DNA of 64,000 bases from Phoronis australis (GCA_002633005.1 NMRA01000520.1:191559-255558); one strand, 5' to 3'. Positions 1-14,385 are shown, counted from the first letter of the stretch. Translations and numbers: made by a program. The notes: generated by a model from the sequence alone, not told the origin.

Positions 1-630
1 CCGGGCGTCTCGGTGATTGCACCCATCAGAAAACCTGTCAGTCGTGATCATCTCAATAGGAACACTTGAGCAAAATTTCAGAACTATCCTCCGAGCAGTT
101 TCAAGGACATAGAGGCTGCTGCCAGAAATAATAATATTAATAGCACAGAATATTTTAAATCCAGCCGGAAATAGCAGTTTGTTGTCGTTTCCTCAACAAA
201 AACAAATATACCATATTGCCCGAAAATACATTAAGAAACTTGGTAGATATAGAGGCACACATAAAAAACCTAAATTGGCCTTAAGCAGTGCTGTAGTGGC
301 GCGTAGACATAGGTAGGCGCAACCAACCACCTTTTGGCATTTCAGCGTAGTGCCTACGCACCATAAGTTACACTCAGTGCTCAAGGTGATACGGTGGGCT
401 TTGGGCGCCTACTCACCTTTAGTTTTACCCCTATAGCACTGCCATTAAAGGGCACCATAGGAGATCATCCAATCAACAATCAGTGTCAGTCGTGCTCATC
501 TCAATGGCAACGTTTCTGTACACATTGAATAGATACGCTAAGAAGTAGGAAAATGTGGCTGTCTCCATAACTGACACTGATGTGCAAAATTTGATGAAAA
601 TCAGTCAAGGAACTTGCTAGATAAAGAGAC
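1..630. repeat. Degenerate repeat units resembling non-autonomous Helentron-type interior repeats
   Basis: tcagtcgtgatcatctcaat..gcaaaattt at ~38-80 recurs at ~487-590; small hairpin ttgttg..caacaa at ~179-200. The family assignment is inference. Confidence 0.3.
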
Positions 631-1649
631 TAACATGAAGAAGTAAAGTTGCCATTAGGGGCACAGTGGTAGTCAAGTACATCCCAAAACTCTCTTTTGC
701 ATCTCTTGTAAAATTTCAAATTCACCAAGGATTTGGAGATGCAGCTCAGCAGATGCCAGACAAAAAGACCAGGATGACGGCATAATGGGCCTACACACGC
801 ATGCTTGCAAACAGTCATACAGAACACGGCAAAAGTAATCAGACACTATAAATCTTTGCCCCACCTGATAGCTAGTCCTGTTAATGAAAAAAATGACTGG
901 TAATAACTATTACCACAGCTTATTAGACAGCTTATTACAGAATGTCTTAGCCACCATACCAACTTTCCTGTTTCCCTTCATTTTCAGTCACAAGGGAAGA
1001 CCACTTTGACCACGAATTCTACTTTTGCCCCAGTTGTCATGGCAAGGAATTCCGGGTTATTTTGTCAGGATACGTTTGGCTTGAACTGTATATTAATGTA
1101 TACATTCAAATAACCTGGAAATGACAGTTAAAGGGACACCTGGCGTAAGAAGAAATCTCACAGAAAATGTCAAGGAATCAAACTCACTAGCAACATTACT
1201 TCATAGCAATAGACACACCATAAGGTGCACAACAAGAATACAGTAACAATGATGATTACGATCTACATGGATACTGCTCAAGATATATTCAAACAGCAGT
1301 TCTATGATTGTGTCATGCAGTTCTCGTTTGTTGAGAACATCTCATTGGATAGCTTTTTTGACCAGTTGTCATGCCTTCGTTGAACGCATCAGTCAAAAAC
1401 ATCTTTACGCTTTCAGTCATTATTTCAGACCTTTATGCTGTCTTCAGAGCCCACCCCATTGTGCTGTATGACTCTCCTGCTGTTTGGGTACTAGGTGTTT
1501 GCATTTTACACCTGCAAATGTAAAACTAAATAAGAAAGTATATGTTACCTATTCCATTGGCAGGAAACCAAAACAACAATTGCCAAACACTCGTGAACAC
1601 CACTCATACACCTAATTGTATGCTGATTCCTGTTCACACAAATCAAACA

Positions 1650-3743
1650 CAGCTTTTGCAACCAATAATCAGTTCAAAAACTCCCGTGTCTAAGAATCGT
1701 GTGCATGACTTAGGGAAGAGTGTGTGAGGAGCGTTTAAAGGTAACAAAGCTGGATGCAACAGCAGGAGCCATGCTTTTTGGATGGGTAGCCATGTTTTGT
1801 TAATTCACAAAATGAGCTTACAAAATCCAAATGCTGTGGTCATAAGTGAGAGAGTTGTGCTGTTTGAGTGGTCTGATTGATACATTACTCCACGCCAAAA
1901 AATCCAGCCTACATTTGTGCGAATGTCCAAGCCACGGCTGCATAGGCTGTTGAGTAGCATGTTCCACAAAAGCTTCACTTTTTGTTGGGTTGTAATATAG
2001 AACATCACACAGCGCATTTCCATGTTGACTATTGCGTCAACTTGGAACATTCAGTGACTAAAATGCACAACAAAGGTTATATGTCAAACTTATGGATTTG
2101 TGATGCCAAAGTGAGATCAACGAGCATGCTGTTAGGTCATGAACTTCACCTTGTATACCAGTGACTTTGACAACCCACTTTCTCTCCACATCAGTGATTA
2201 CGTTCAAGGCTGTTTATCATGCCAGCCCATGCTAACCTGCTGCTTGGGTTCGTTTCGAGAGGCAAAAGTGATGTTACAGCCATCTTTTGGACACGGGAAT
2301 ATCTTCGTCTTTCGATTGCTGAAACTAGTGAAAGGTCTCAATGAGGATTCAACATGACATTCCTCAACCACTAGTTCCACTGGCTTGCAATCAGAAGCAG
2401 GATTCCCCAAAACCACCCCATCTCTGACCCCATATGCCTTCAAAACAACCACTTTTCTAGTTGAAATAGGTAACTTAGTTGTAAGCATTAGAGCACAAGT
2501 CCTTTTTAAAAATCAAAGTATGAAAGAATATTCCATTCCATCAAATATTTAACTTTTGTTTCAGACCTCATACACAACTGAAACTAGTTCTCAGATGGTA
2601 TGACTAATCACAGTGAGCTTTCTGAGAAAAATATGAATTGTTACGTAGCTCACCCTCAAATAAGAAGCTAAGTTGACGTAGTCCTGGGATGGAGTGGTGA
2701 ACATCCTTTGCATTCCTTCGGCTGCAAACGTACACCTTGGCTTACAACCTAGATACTGCCACATACGGTGATTTGGACATATAATCTTTTGTTCTAACAG
2801 GCTGGCCAGTTCCTTTGTCTCTCACACTCCCATTCGTGTCAAATTGCCAATCAACTCCCATTTTTCCAAGTGATCTAGTGCGTTGACACTTTTCAGGTAT
2901 TTCACAACATCTTTGGTGTAAGTAACACAGCGGCTCGCTGGCTATTGCCGATTTCCTTCAGAGCGTGACCTAATTTCGTGAACCTCATTCCGTTTCTTAG
3001 GTAATGTCAATAACGCAAAATTTCGCTAAAAGAACGCTCGAAGCAATTCTGGTTATCTTGAAAACAATTTAATATGATTTTGTATTACGATATACTTCCA
3101 ATTTGGATCATATTTTTCATATTTTCTGCTTTGCCGCCCTCTATTGGTGGCAGTATGAAACAGGCGAAAGTGGTGAAAGTGCCTCCGCTAAAGTGTAAAT
3201 TCGAGAATTAAAGAAGGTGCTGTCCACGGAAATAACTATATCTTTTCAAAGACGAGAGCTGTAGCTATCACAGAACTCATGTGTGGGTGGTGTGCGTTTT
3301 AGCGCGCTTGCATTACATAGGCCTCTATGTACAGTAGGTCTTAATTTGGTAACTGTATTTGGCCCGTGGAGGCAAGGAATTCAAACGTTCCTTAAAAAAA
3401 TATATAAATACGTCATTCTGAACTATTTTTGGCATTGTCAATTACAAAAAGGATAGTTGTTTATAACTCAATCAAATTTTTATTTTTGAATGCCCGCAAA
3501 GTGGTTTAATACCCATGGAAACATAGGGCATTTTCAAGAGTCGCACACAAGGGGTTAGGCCATTTTTTCACCCGATTTAGTTATTCGTTATATATTTACA
3601 AACTGAGGAATGACAAAACTAATTTTTATGTTTTTGTAGAAAATTCACCCCAAGTGATATATGTACCATATCAAATTCAAAATTCGCGATATATCATGTT
3701 CCCATAATATTGCAAATTGCCTGACGTTCTCATGCAGTGACTC
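1650..3743 (-). mobile_element. Decayed DNA transposon remnant, possibly Sola3-like
   Basis: The terminus on the minus strand reads TTAA|GAGTCACTGCATGAG (GAG end with TTAA target). Downstream broken coding pieces are ..QKIICPNHRMWQYLG..KP and C2H2-like IFPCPKDGCNITFASR....GWH (2204-2488). The left boundary is approximate. Confidence 0.35.
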
Positions 3744-6700
3744 TTAATAACAAAACTTAAAGTGGCCAACTAAATTGCTGCTCCATTTCTGCTGTTGTAG
3801 CCATAATATTAACTCTGAAATCTAAGGGAATATTTTGATTATGTGCAGAATAAAGATTGTTTATATCTTGAGTGACGGCTTAGCAGGTGTCAATGAAAAT
3901 CGATTTAATGAAGAGTACAGGTAAGCTTTATTGTAATTAAAACCACGAACCAAGGGCTTAAACCACTGGCTATTTAGAAAGCACTGCAAACAGGTGTGGA
4001 GAATTGCGGCCAAAAGTATCAACCAAATGACAAAAAGTGTGTTGATGCCGAAGACTCACACCCCGTGTGTGCTCAATGCACTTCCATTGAGAGACTACAT
4101 AGTCTCGTTACGTGGTAGGTTTTTAGCAATTAGTTTCTTGCGACATCGTTCAGTAATGGTATCCCAATCAGATACCCTACTCAATAACGGGTTTATTCAG
4201 TGGAACTAAGTGTTTCTTTTCGGAAACTCACCCGGGACCCGGATGCTAGGCTGACATACATTGTGGTGTGTGGGACGTGCCGCTCAGGAGTCAAAGGTGA
4301 AGTTTTCATAACAGTTACTCGTCAAAGCTATGCTGTGTCCAATAATGTTCTCTAGATGAGTGAGTTTCCTTATTTTATAGCGGACACCATCCCCGGGACT
4401 ACCAGTTTAGTTACCGCATTAAGATGAATGAGCAATTCAGTAAATTTGTAACATTGTAGTGAAATAAATATTGACACCTAGAATGAATTTTATTTGTTGT
4501 GTTCAGAAGCACATTTTAAGTGTTATGAAATATAAGCATTTTTAAATCACTTTTAGCCTGTTCCACGTTTTAATTTAGATCTTAAATATGCCTTGGTTAC
4601 AAAGATTATTTGCTTCTACGTATAAACATAAATAGGAAATGTCAAGTATAGCCTCTATTTTACCTTTCGACGGAGTGAAAAGCAGTCCTTCAGCAAAAAC
4701 CTGAAAAATGCGCCTCTCATATCAGAATTCAGCCCTCGATATCCCTGATTATGGACTCGGGTACGTTGGAAAAATTACAAATCATTAAATAACGTTGTTC
4801 TTTTGTATGTATGTGGTTGTTCAGTTTGCCATTTTGTTTTTAAATACACTGATTATTGTTTATTCTCGAATGTTGCGCATAGCAGAGTCTCATACAGCTA
4901 GCTACTATTGAAAACATTCTTTGCTTGCATTTGGAACTATTGTCATAGACAAGTTAACACAAAATTTAAAACTGTTCTAGTGCCTTCCTATGAAAGGTCT
5001 AAAAATCATTGCAAACATAAACAAAGCAAATGCAAACAAAGAGAATAATTCATTTTGATCGCCGGACATTTCAACAGGAAAACGACAATTCGCAAGCGTA
5101 AACAGTAATCATTTCAGCTTTATAAAGTATCAGCACAACTGCACTGTATGGGACTTTAAATCTGACGAAATGCTGTGGTTTGAATAATTAGTGACTAACT
5201 TGTCTGTTGATGAAAAAATTATTAGATCATCAAGTTATAACATTAACAGGCTTTTTAATGACAAATATGACGATGCAGTCACCAAATGTCATTTCCCCAT
5301 AATATTTGCCAAATTGAAGCATTTACCATTTGTTTAAATCTTTTCTTCTGAAAGGAAAAATTAATTTCACTCAGTGAGAAAGTACCGGCATTTATACCAC
5401 TTGCTTTTGGTTTTCATTTCACTGGGATCTAGTTTTAATGCCCTATAGAAGCGCTTGTAAAAAAGTTTTGTCAGGTGGCTTACCCCATGTAACCTCATAA
5501 AGCCTCAATAACATCCACAGTTAGATCCTTGAAAATAAACACAACAGCAAATCACTCGACTCGCTTTGTGCCCAAAATATAACCCTGAACTAGACCAGAG
5601 GGTTTCTAGGTCATCTTTAGCTTAAGTCCCTCATGTTTCTTCCAGAATGTTGTCTACACATGACTCATTGCCTATGCAAGGACATCCTCACCAATGAGGC
5701 TGGTGTAGCTGTCAGATCTAGTTCCTCTTTACACACAAACAACCCACTGGCACAATTCTGCATGGTAACTTAGTAATGCGATTAACATTTCTCCAGAGAC
5801 ACTGTCTTGTACATTGTGCCATGCAGCATTACTGGTGTCAGGAGTAACAAAGCTTGTCTATGTTGTGGCTTGAAGAGGCCTTAAAAGTGTCACTGGACCT
5901 GGAAAAATATTGAAACATGCATAATGACAATATAAGTACTTCAGGTTGGGTCAAAAGTGTTGCCTTTGTTTTTCAAAAATACTATATAATAACTGGTCTG
6001 CAATTTCACATAAAACTAAATAATTACAATTTCCAGAAAGCAAGGATGTTTATAATAAGTATTGTGTAAACCGCGTCTTTATTTTTCATTTCTAGCCATT
6101 GATAACAATTCCTTAAGCGCAATACTTGTCTGCAAAATATGATAGTTATTTGAGACAACTTCAAACCTCTGTTTCTCATTTTCAAGCCTATTGATTTTTG
6201 ATACTTTCATCAATTTTAAACACCGATTACAGATTCACGGGTCTGTCAAGCCCACTTCTGGTCTAAGGCTGAGGAAACCGTTTCTCTGATTTTTAATATA
6301 TTTCTTCTAAGAAAGACTTGGGTCATTTAAAAACAATGGGTAATCTTTCCTAAGACACCATTGCCTGTGTATTTACAGTAAAAATAATGTGTTCAAATAC
6401 TACCTCACCCGTATGTTCACAGCAAAATGAAATTTTTACAAAAATGGCAGTCATGTGAATTAATAAATGACTTTTCAAGGCATGAGTTAAGACTGTTCTG
6501 TTATTGAGACGTAATGTCTTTTCATGGGTTTACGATGGATAATAAAACAGTTTCATGAAACTTGTAAGAAATGCACGAAGGTTAAGAATTACCTCATCGT
6601 CCTCTTTACCCCGGACACTATTAGCTGTTGTTACCACACATTCAGTTGCACCAAATTTTATAACCCGAACCCCCTATGGTAACCTCCTGAATAAGCAAAT

Positions 6701-7916
6701 GAACAAAACAACTTACATACCTTTCTTTAAAAGTAGCTGTCCGTTTTCAAATTCTTTGTTCTTTGTCTCCTATATAGAAAGTAAGCGTTGACAACAGATT
6801 TGCACTGGATAGGAAGATCTTGCTGGTTAGCTACATTCAACTGCTTAAAACCAACTTTTGTCCATTCAAGACAGTTGCAGAAGCGATGTATTTCTCCCGT
6901 GCACGGGACTAGCACTCCAACCTAAAAACCAAAGGCCAGGTGAAAACAGACACGATATATTTCCATGTCAGCATGTAATAGATTTCCGGACGACATGGGA
7001 TAAAGGGTAATCAAATAGTCTAATGGATATGTGTCTCTTGTAGCCTTTGCGCTTGGATTGTAATCTTACTTCCCTAACAAATATCGATTTGACAGCATAA
7101 ACATTCAGCATTCATTGATGTGACTGTCACTGATAAACAATGTCAGAAATCACTCCAAACATTAATATTACTCCTTTGATGAACGAAATGATCCCAACTA
7201 CTACGTCTAGTCTTGCAACACACATCACAACAACCAACGATTAACCCGACTGGCGAGCTGCCACGAAGTCAACATCGAATAGTACCTCAGTGAACCTTAC
7301 TTTTCTATGAAACCATGCTTACTTAATCTCGAAGAAGCACCCTTTTCACGCTATCTCAAACTCAGTTGGCACTGCTGCAAACCATTTCACCACGCTCGCG
7401 AAATCGAGAATGCTTAATCTATCACCACTAGTACACGCGCGCCCTCTAGTAATGTATACATTGTCGAATAGCCAATTACATGTATATTATGGAACGTTAA
7501 CATAATTTGAAAGATTGAAAACGCAAAAAAGAATACAAAAATGTCTCGTGTAAAACCAGGTTAGTGTACCAATTTGAAGCATAAATAAATAAATACAGCG
7601 ACCATAACTCCGGCTCTATGGTCGCCCAGTGTGTGGCTGCGTTGCGAGCTTTGTGGGAGCGGTACTGTATTGCCCATCGTGAGGTATCCAACCTGTCGCT
7701 CGGGTGATGTGCCCTAAGTCACACGTCTTGCCTGCACTCTGTAGGGGGGTTGAGCTGCAACAACTATGGCGGCAAATCCGAGAAAACCATCGGTCCATTT
7801 CCCATTGGTTGCGACCTCCTTTTTTCCACATTCCCTGCCACTCCTCTACCAGGGTCACGGCCACCACGCGGGTTGTGGCGGTGGACAGGATTGTTCATCC
7901 ATGAACAACCCTGCCC

Positions 7917-9350
7917 ATTTGACACTTACTGAGCCACAACACCACGTTCCTTACAGTATCTGTTTTATCACTCCGGATGGTCTGCTCACTCAGTTTGTCT
8001 GGAACCTGCTTTGCAGTTTGTTATAGCCCAGGCTGTTTGATGTACTCACTTGGTACTTTATTAGATTATATTTGCCCATTTTGCGGTTGTACCCAATTGG
8101 TACTTGTTATTGAATTTGCCGTTTTGCTCGACCCAGTTGGTAGGCAATCGGTCAATACCCATTTGGTATTATGTACCCATTTGGTACTGTGCTAACCTGT
8201 GCCACTTAGTATCCGATACTCAATTACATATTGAGTATCGTAAATGTGTATGTTGTCTCTTGTAATTAAGGAACCCATCAGGTTCCTCATGTGAAATATT
8301 CATTTGTAGAGCTGTGACCCTGAAATTCCCAATACAACTTAAAATATATATTATTGTTGTTTTTTATTTGCCCCTAATAATGAGATTTATGGTACTCTGA
8401 CATAAGTCATATTATTTGGGAAAATAACATTCTATAGCCCTTCATCCTTCACATCCAACTCCTAGTTAGTTCCTACCAAATCCGATGGTAGTGCTGTTTG
8501 TTCTTTCTCCCCAGTTTCCTGTTGGCCCAAACTCAAGCAACAGTATACATGTACGCTCACTCGTAAGTTTTCCCAATTAGACCATTTGATACCTCCCCCG
8601 CCCTCCCTACCCTGGGTTCCACAAAATCACAATTTAACCGCTTTATATCTTTCCCACCCTCCCTACCTTTTGTCGAACAAAATCTGCAGTTGGTTATTTT
8701 TGTTGTTGCAGCCACTGTTGGTACCTCCTTCAAGCCCGCAACGTGTTACCGCCAAGCACGACGAGACGTCCCTGGCTAGCGACCAGACCTGTACTCGAGC
8801 GTCCATCACTGCAGCTTGCCTCTCTCCACCCCGGTGGCAGCTCGCAGCACATATTGAGCCATAAAACCACGTTCCTTACAATTTTGACACTTACTGAGCC
8901 ACAACACCACGTTCCTTTCAGTATCTGTTTTATCACTCCGGCTGGTCTGCTCACTCAGCTTGTCCGGAGCCTGCTTTGCTGGTTTTTATAGCCCAGTTGG
9001 CAATTTGATGTACCCACTCGGTACTTTATTATAGGGTATGTGCCCATTTGGCGGTTGTACCCATTTGATACATGTTATTGAATTTGCCGTTTTGCTCGAC
9101 CCATTTGGTAGGCAATCGGCCGATACCCGGTTTGGTATTAAGTACCCATTTGGTACTATGCTAACCTGTTCCACTTATTATCCGATAATCAATTAGACAT
9201 TGGGTATCGTAAATGTGTGTGTTATCTCATGTTATAAAGGAACCCGTCTGGTTCCTTTTGTGAAATATTCATTTTAGAGCTGTGATCCTGAAATTCCCAA
9301 TACAACCTGAAATATATATTATTGTTGTTGTTTTATTTGTCCCCAATAAA
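7917..9350 (+). repeat. Pair of ~460-bp direct repeats (~7917-8380 and ~8883-9350) with internal cccatttggta subrepeats
   Basis: Both start ttgacacttactgagccacaacaccacgttcc and end gaaattcccaatacaac.t.aaatatatattattgttgtt. Confidence 0.85.
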
Positions 9351-9884
9351 TATCCATACCGCACAGCTTATTGTAAGGACATACTTAACACCAGAACAAA
9401 AACTGTAACAATGCCTGCTCTGTAACTATTGTTGAGGTATTTTGCATTCCTTATTGTTTGACATCGTTTGCATTGAAATTGGGGGTAACCGTGTACTTTA
9501 CAGTGTTCTTTTTTCCTCATGTGAGCTTTTGACATGATAGTAGAAAGTTGCGGTATTATTGGCGCCCGTAAAAGTACATTTGTTACATTCTTGTGCCTTT
9601 GTACTTTGGTTTTCTGAGTAAAATTCGTGTTAGCTAATGTATTCTGATTGTTGCTCAATCTGTGTTACTGCAATTATATGTACGTATTGTGTACATGTAT
9701 CATTGCAGTTTCACGGATTGGCTTGTGTGTCTGAAAAAATGTTATGAATAAACGTTTATATCCAGTGCAACTTGTCGTTTTGAAAGATCCGCAACTACAA
9801 AAACTGTGAGCACACCAGTGTGTCAGAAGAATTATATGTTGGAGAACAATACTGTTTTTGTATGTTCTATACACTGAAATTTCA

Positions 9885-10408
9885 TATAATTCTTTGAAAA
9901 TTACTGATGGATTTCTGTAAGGTCTGATAGGAATTCATATAGGAAATCTCATGGACTTCCTTTAGGACCTTATAAGCTATTGGCCAAAATCTAGGGTTCT
10001 ATACAATATCCTACAGCACATTCTTTAGAATTTCATATAGGGAATCCTACATAACTTTTATTGAATTGCTTAAGGAAATGTTACAGGATCCAATAGAAAT
10101 TCCAATTGTATTCCTATAAGATCTAATAGAATTTCCTTTAGGAGATCCCATGAGATTTTACAGGACTTCCTACAGGATATCTTATAGAATTTCTATAGGA
10201 AACGCTATACGATTTAATAGGAAGTCCGATTACATGTAGATTCCTGTAATGTCTGATAGGAATTCCGATAACAAAGCTTATAAAAACTTACATACGTTCT
10301 AATGTGATTCTATAAGATGTTGGACCAAAATCTAATTGGATATCCTATACATGTACGGCCCTTTTAGGATATCCTATAGGAAATCCTTTTGGAACTTTTC
10401 GTAAGGTC
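9885..10408. repeat. Degenerate ~10-11-bp minisatellite (ttcctatagga-like)
   Basis: Repeated cctatagga/taggaaat/tagaattt units ending in ttttcgtaagg. Confidence 0.65.
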
Positions 10409-10809
10409 ACGGGCCCACCATAGCTTACCCGAACATCGCCATGGGTTCACCTTACGGGTTTTCTTCCCTTAGAACTCAGACATCGGTTTACCAGCGAATA
10501 GTTACGAGCGCAAAGTCACATGCCTAACATTAGGAACGCACGTGACCGACTCGAACAACTTTCTCAATGGATATAACCAATGAGCTTATAGCAGGAGAGG
10601 AAAAGTGCCATTGAGCTACATATACAGTATGGAGACGACACGGCACTACTTGGAAGCTACACAGCGCGCGTCCCAAGGGGTCCGTCATATTGGTAGGGAG
10701 AGGAAATGTACACAAATTCACGCTAACCATATGGGGAGGCCGGGGAATTTTTAAAATACAATTTTAAATATTAGATACTAACTAAGTTTTGAAATGTTGG
10801 TAATATTAA

Positions 10810-12466
10810 AGGAACATGCCCCCAAAGACAACCTAATTTGAATCAATTTAGATAGAGCAGTTCTACTCCATAATGACACGTACGGTTGCGTTACCTAACA
10901 CATGACGGCAGACGGAGGTGTTGAAATTATCCAGTGACGTCATCGGTTTCACACGCACTCTGTTCAGCAGTTCACAACACGGGTTACTGGTGTCAGCTTA
11001 TCGCATGAAGTCATCGTATAAGACAAATAAATCATCAAACTTAGATGTAAAACCCTTAAAATACACCGAGTTCTCATAAAAACGTGTTGTTTTATTTTGC
11101 TCTTTCGTATTCATTGGTATTTGGACACACCGTAGCCTACAAAGTTCAGCAGACCAATAAGGTCCTTAGCAGGAGTTTGGGGTCTGTTCGGAGATAATTT
11201 CGAAGTATTTTCCGTGAGATACAGACACGAGAACCTAGATCTGTGTTGTTTAGACTTGTGATTTTTTGAGTTCCAAGCACAAAACGCTTGTTATTCTGGC
11301 CAGTGGCTCGCAGCCCGATAGGCCCGTCGTGGCCGGCCGGATTGACTCGTTATCCCGAGCAGGCCAGTGGCTCGGAAACTGATCATACAGCACGAACATA
11401 AACCAGCCAAAGTTCAGTGGAAACTAAACTTCCAGTCAAGAAAATATTATACTAGTGAGCCAAAGTAATGTGCACGTGATTATGTTGGTGAATTACCACG
11501 AAACTTCAAATCTACTTACTCGCCGGGGGCCGCGAATTCAGGTTCCGCTTTGGCCACAGCACCGTCAGGGCAGAAGTTGTGCATTGACAATCATTATTTG
11601 AGTAATGTTAATTTAACTAAAGATTTCCCTAAAACCTGGCCGTGGGATGGAAATAGAGTTGTTTCACAACAGTTTCTGCCACCAAACACTAAGTTAGCTG
11701 AGCTCACACGGCCTCGGTGTCCCGTCAATTCGTTTTATTGCACCTAAAACCGTTAACGCAGTGATTTATTCATTGCTGGCATCTCAAATCATTTGCACTC
11801 ACGAACACTCCAAAGGCATAACAAATTGCATCTAATGAGACAGACTTTGTTTCAGTTTTAAATAAGGTTGAGTGAGAATAATTCATTTTGAAAGTGAACG
11901 CTCAGTAATAAACGCCAACATGGCAACGCATGAATCCCGACTTAGGACGAGCAAGAGCTCATCAGTCCCGACTTTGCAGGTGGATCATTAAGTTTTACAG
12001 GCTATCAATTCGAACAGGACTACACTGATGAAGAAATACTAGAGAGGCGCCGTGAACAAGTTCAAGCAACAGAACGTATGGAGTTATTTGGTAAGCGGGC
12101 ATTCGTCAGGCACTGTCGGCGTCTGCAGGCCACAGACACGGAGATGTACTTCCTATTTACAGCGTACATTTCATTCTTTTCTACCATGAGCCACTTCCTA
12201 AGCATTTCGGACTCACGAGAAAGTAAAAAACGATATATCCGCTTTCCTTGCAGCTGCTTAGTTCGGACAAGCGGGAACGATGCACCGCAACATGGCGGCC
12301 TTCACTCTGCATATGAACCACTGACGTCGCTAGCGTGGTTTCTCACCTTCCTCACAGGTTAACGCGACATCTCTTGGCAAGGTAAGGTCGACCGCATGCG
12401 AGGCGATGTGGATATAGACCGATTAAGACGGCAAAAAAGACTAATTAAATCGGGTGACATTCTCCT
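10810..12466. mobile_element. Older Kolobok-like non-autonomous element
   Basis: TTAA|aggaacatgccccc ... gggtgacattctcct|TTAA. Degenerate subterminal inverted motifs include cagtgacgtcatcggtttca vs tgaaccactgacgtcgct. Confidence 0.45.
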
Positions 12467-12637
12467 TTAAGCAATGGTCATATAAGTCATTGAATGGACA
12501 AAACTCATAATGCTTTGGCTGAAATTCTCACGGAATGATGTTATGGCCAGGGAGGTTTTGCCGGCTCAGTCAAAAAAGGAATCACCGAAATGTAGACATT
12601 TTGTAAAGTAAAACCGCAAATATACCTCTATTGCCAC

Positions 12638-12706
12638 CGGTCGTGGGTCGAGGGGATTGTGGGTCGAGGGGGTCGTGGTTCGAGGGGTGTGGGGGCCGAG
12701 GGGATT
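12638..12706 (+). repeat. G-rich ~16-bp tandem repeat x4
   Basis: gtgggtcgagggg-like units. Confidence 0.7.
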
Positions 12707-13974
12707 GCAAAATTATCCGTCAGATTTCAGCCATTTTGAATTTAATCCATCGATTCAGCTGAATCCGACTTTAAAGCTTCGAGTTGTTATTCGAAATCAC
12801 GTGTTGAAACTTGAGCTGTAACTCGAATGTTGGGGTCATCGAGTGCGAATTTAGACTAGAAACTTCTGTATGTAAACCATAAATTATTTGAGCCAATGAG
12901 CAACATGTACAGAACTTAAAAACACTTATCTTGATTTAGCATTCAAAATGAGAAGCAAAATGGCCAAAATATTTTTGAATTAAATTTACAGCATAATAAA
13001 TTAGACCCCGGGATGTTTTGAAAACCATAACCTCACTTTTTAAAGAAAAAATCCAGACCAATTTCAGCTGGCATTAGGTAGCAATGGGGATAAAGAATCT
13101 AAATAAATGCAGCCAACATACAATGTTGGGAAAAGGATACCGACCCATTTCAGTTGGCCTTATCTATTTAAAAGTTTGAACAACTAAACACTACCCCATC
13201 ACCACATCAGTTTTTAAAAATCACGGACTAGAACCATATGCCATTTTTTATATAGCTGTCATGAATTCACGGGCCGTTGCAAAATTTAGCTTGGTCACCT
13301 TCTGACTCACACTACCAGTGTTGAGTGATGCAGTGATAAATATGATCAGGAAGAGATAACCAGGAAGGGACAACTGTTTTAGCGCATTTTAACGTGTTTT
13401 CAAAACTGATTTCAAATGTAGATGTTAAAGTCGTCTGGATTCCAAGCATTGTGTTTGAAAGCTTATTTCTTAAGCTATAAAATGACACCACTTTGGTCCC
13501 CAAAGACTGCATATTAATGGCACTAGGATGCTTTGAACACGACATCATTTACCCTTCCAAAAGATGCCTCTTCCCAGGCATGTACTCGGGCATGATCCTC
13601 TTTTTCGAATCAACAGGTGTCACTAATATATGCAAATGAGGCTCGCATCTCCTACGTCATATGACGTCATACGACGCGAGTTTCCAATTTGAACCCTCGG
13701 TTGCCTATAGTGAATGACTTGAAACGCAGTTCTACCTGATTGGGCAGATCTAAGAAAATTAAGAACTCACACAAGTCAATGTTCAAAGAACATTGAATGG
13801 TTTCACATGAAAATACATTTAGTTGTATTTGGATACGCTTGCATGTGTGTAAGCGTGGACTTTGTCATTTTGCTTAAATACAGATTTAGAAGCAGGTGTT
13901 AGTCAAGAAATTAACTGCTCCCGCCACGGTGGCCGGTGCCGTGGCGTCCGAGTCTCCGAGAAGTCTGATCCGTG

Positions 13975-14133
13975 CATGCGCAATTCGACGAACTAATGCT
14001 AGTCGCTGGTCAGCTCCGCTATGATTCATGCGAAATTCGACGAACTAATGCTAGTCGCTGGTCAGCTCCGCTATGATTCATGCGAAATTCGACGAACTAA
14101 TGCTAGTCGCTGGTCAGCTCCGCTATGATTCAT
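13975..14133 (+). repeat. 52-bp tandem repeat x3
   Basis: gcgaaattcgacgaactaatgctagtcgctggtcagctccgctatgattcat starting at 13978, 14030 and 14082. Confidence 0.95.
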
Positions 14134-14229
14134 TTGAGTCGACGTGCGGCTTAACTCGAACATATACACGTGTTCTCGCTCCAAGGTCGTTTTGTTTGAC
14201 CCAGTTTCGGGAAAAGTTCATTTTAATAC

Positions 14230-14385
14230 CGTAGGCGGAGATAGGGGGGCCCAGGGTGCCCCCCCCCCNCCCTCCCGACCTCCCCCCCAGTCTGTGCTAT
14301 ACGCATCTACATTTGTGGTTTGCGCAAAAGCTTACAGCCGGACAAAATGTTGGGCCCCCCTTGTGATATCCTAGATCCGCCACTG
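14230..14385. mobile_element. Short GC-rich MITE (hAT/P-like termini) with 7-bp TSD
   Basis: cgtaggcggag...gatccgccactg with ttaatac at 14223-14229 and 14386-14392. A related end (caccgcctatg) occurs at ~16508. Confidence 0.6.

Noticed and set aside
1403-1450. Hammerhead-like motif on the minus strand (CTGAAGA-cagcat...atgact-GAAA-gcgta)
   Set aside because: Stem II is bulged and stem I does not pair; at best a decayed relic.
13975-14133. Repeat array considered as CRISPR
   Set aside because: Head-to-tail 52-bp units with no unique spacers, no cas genes, eukaryotic context.
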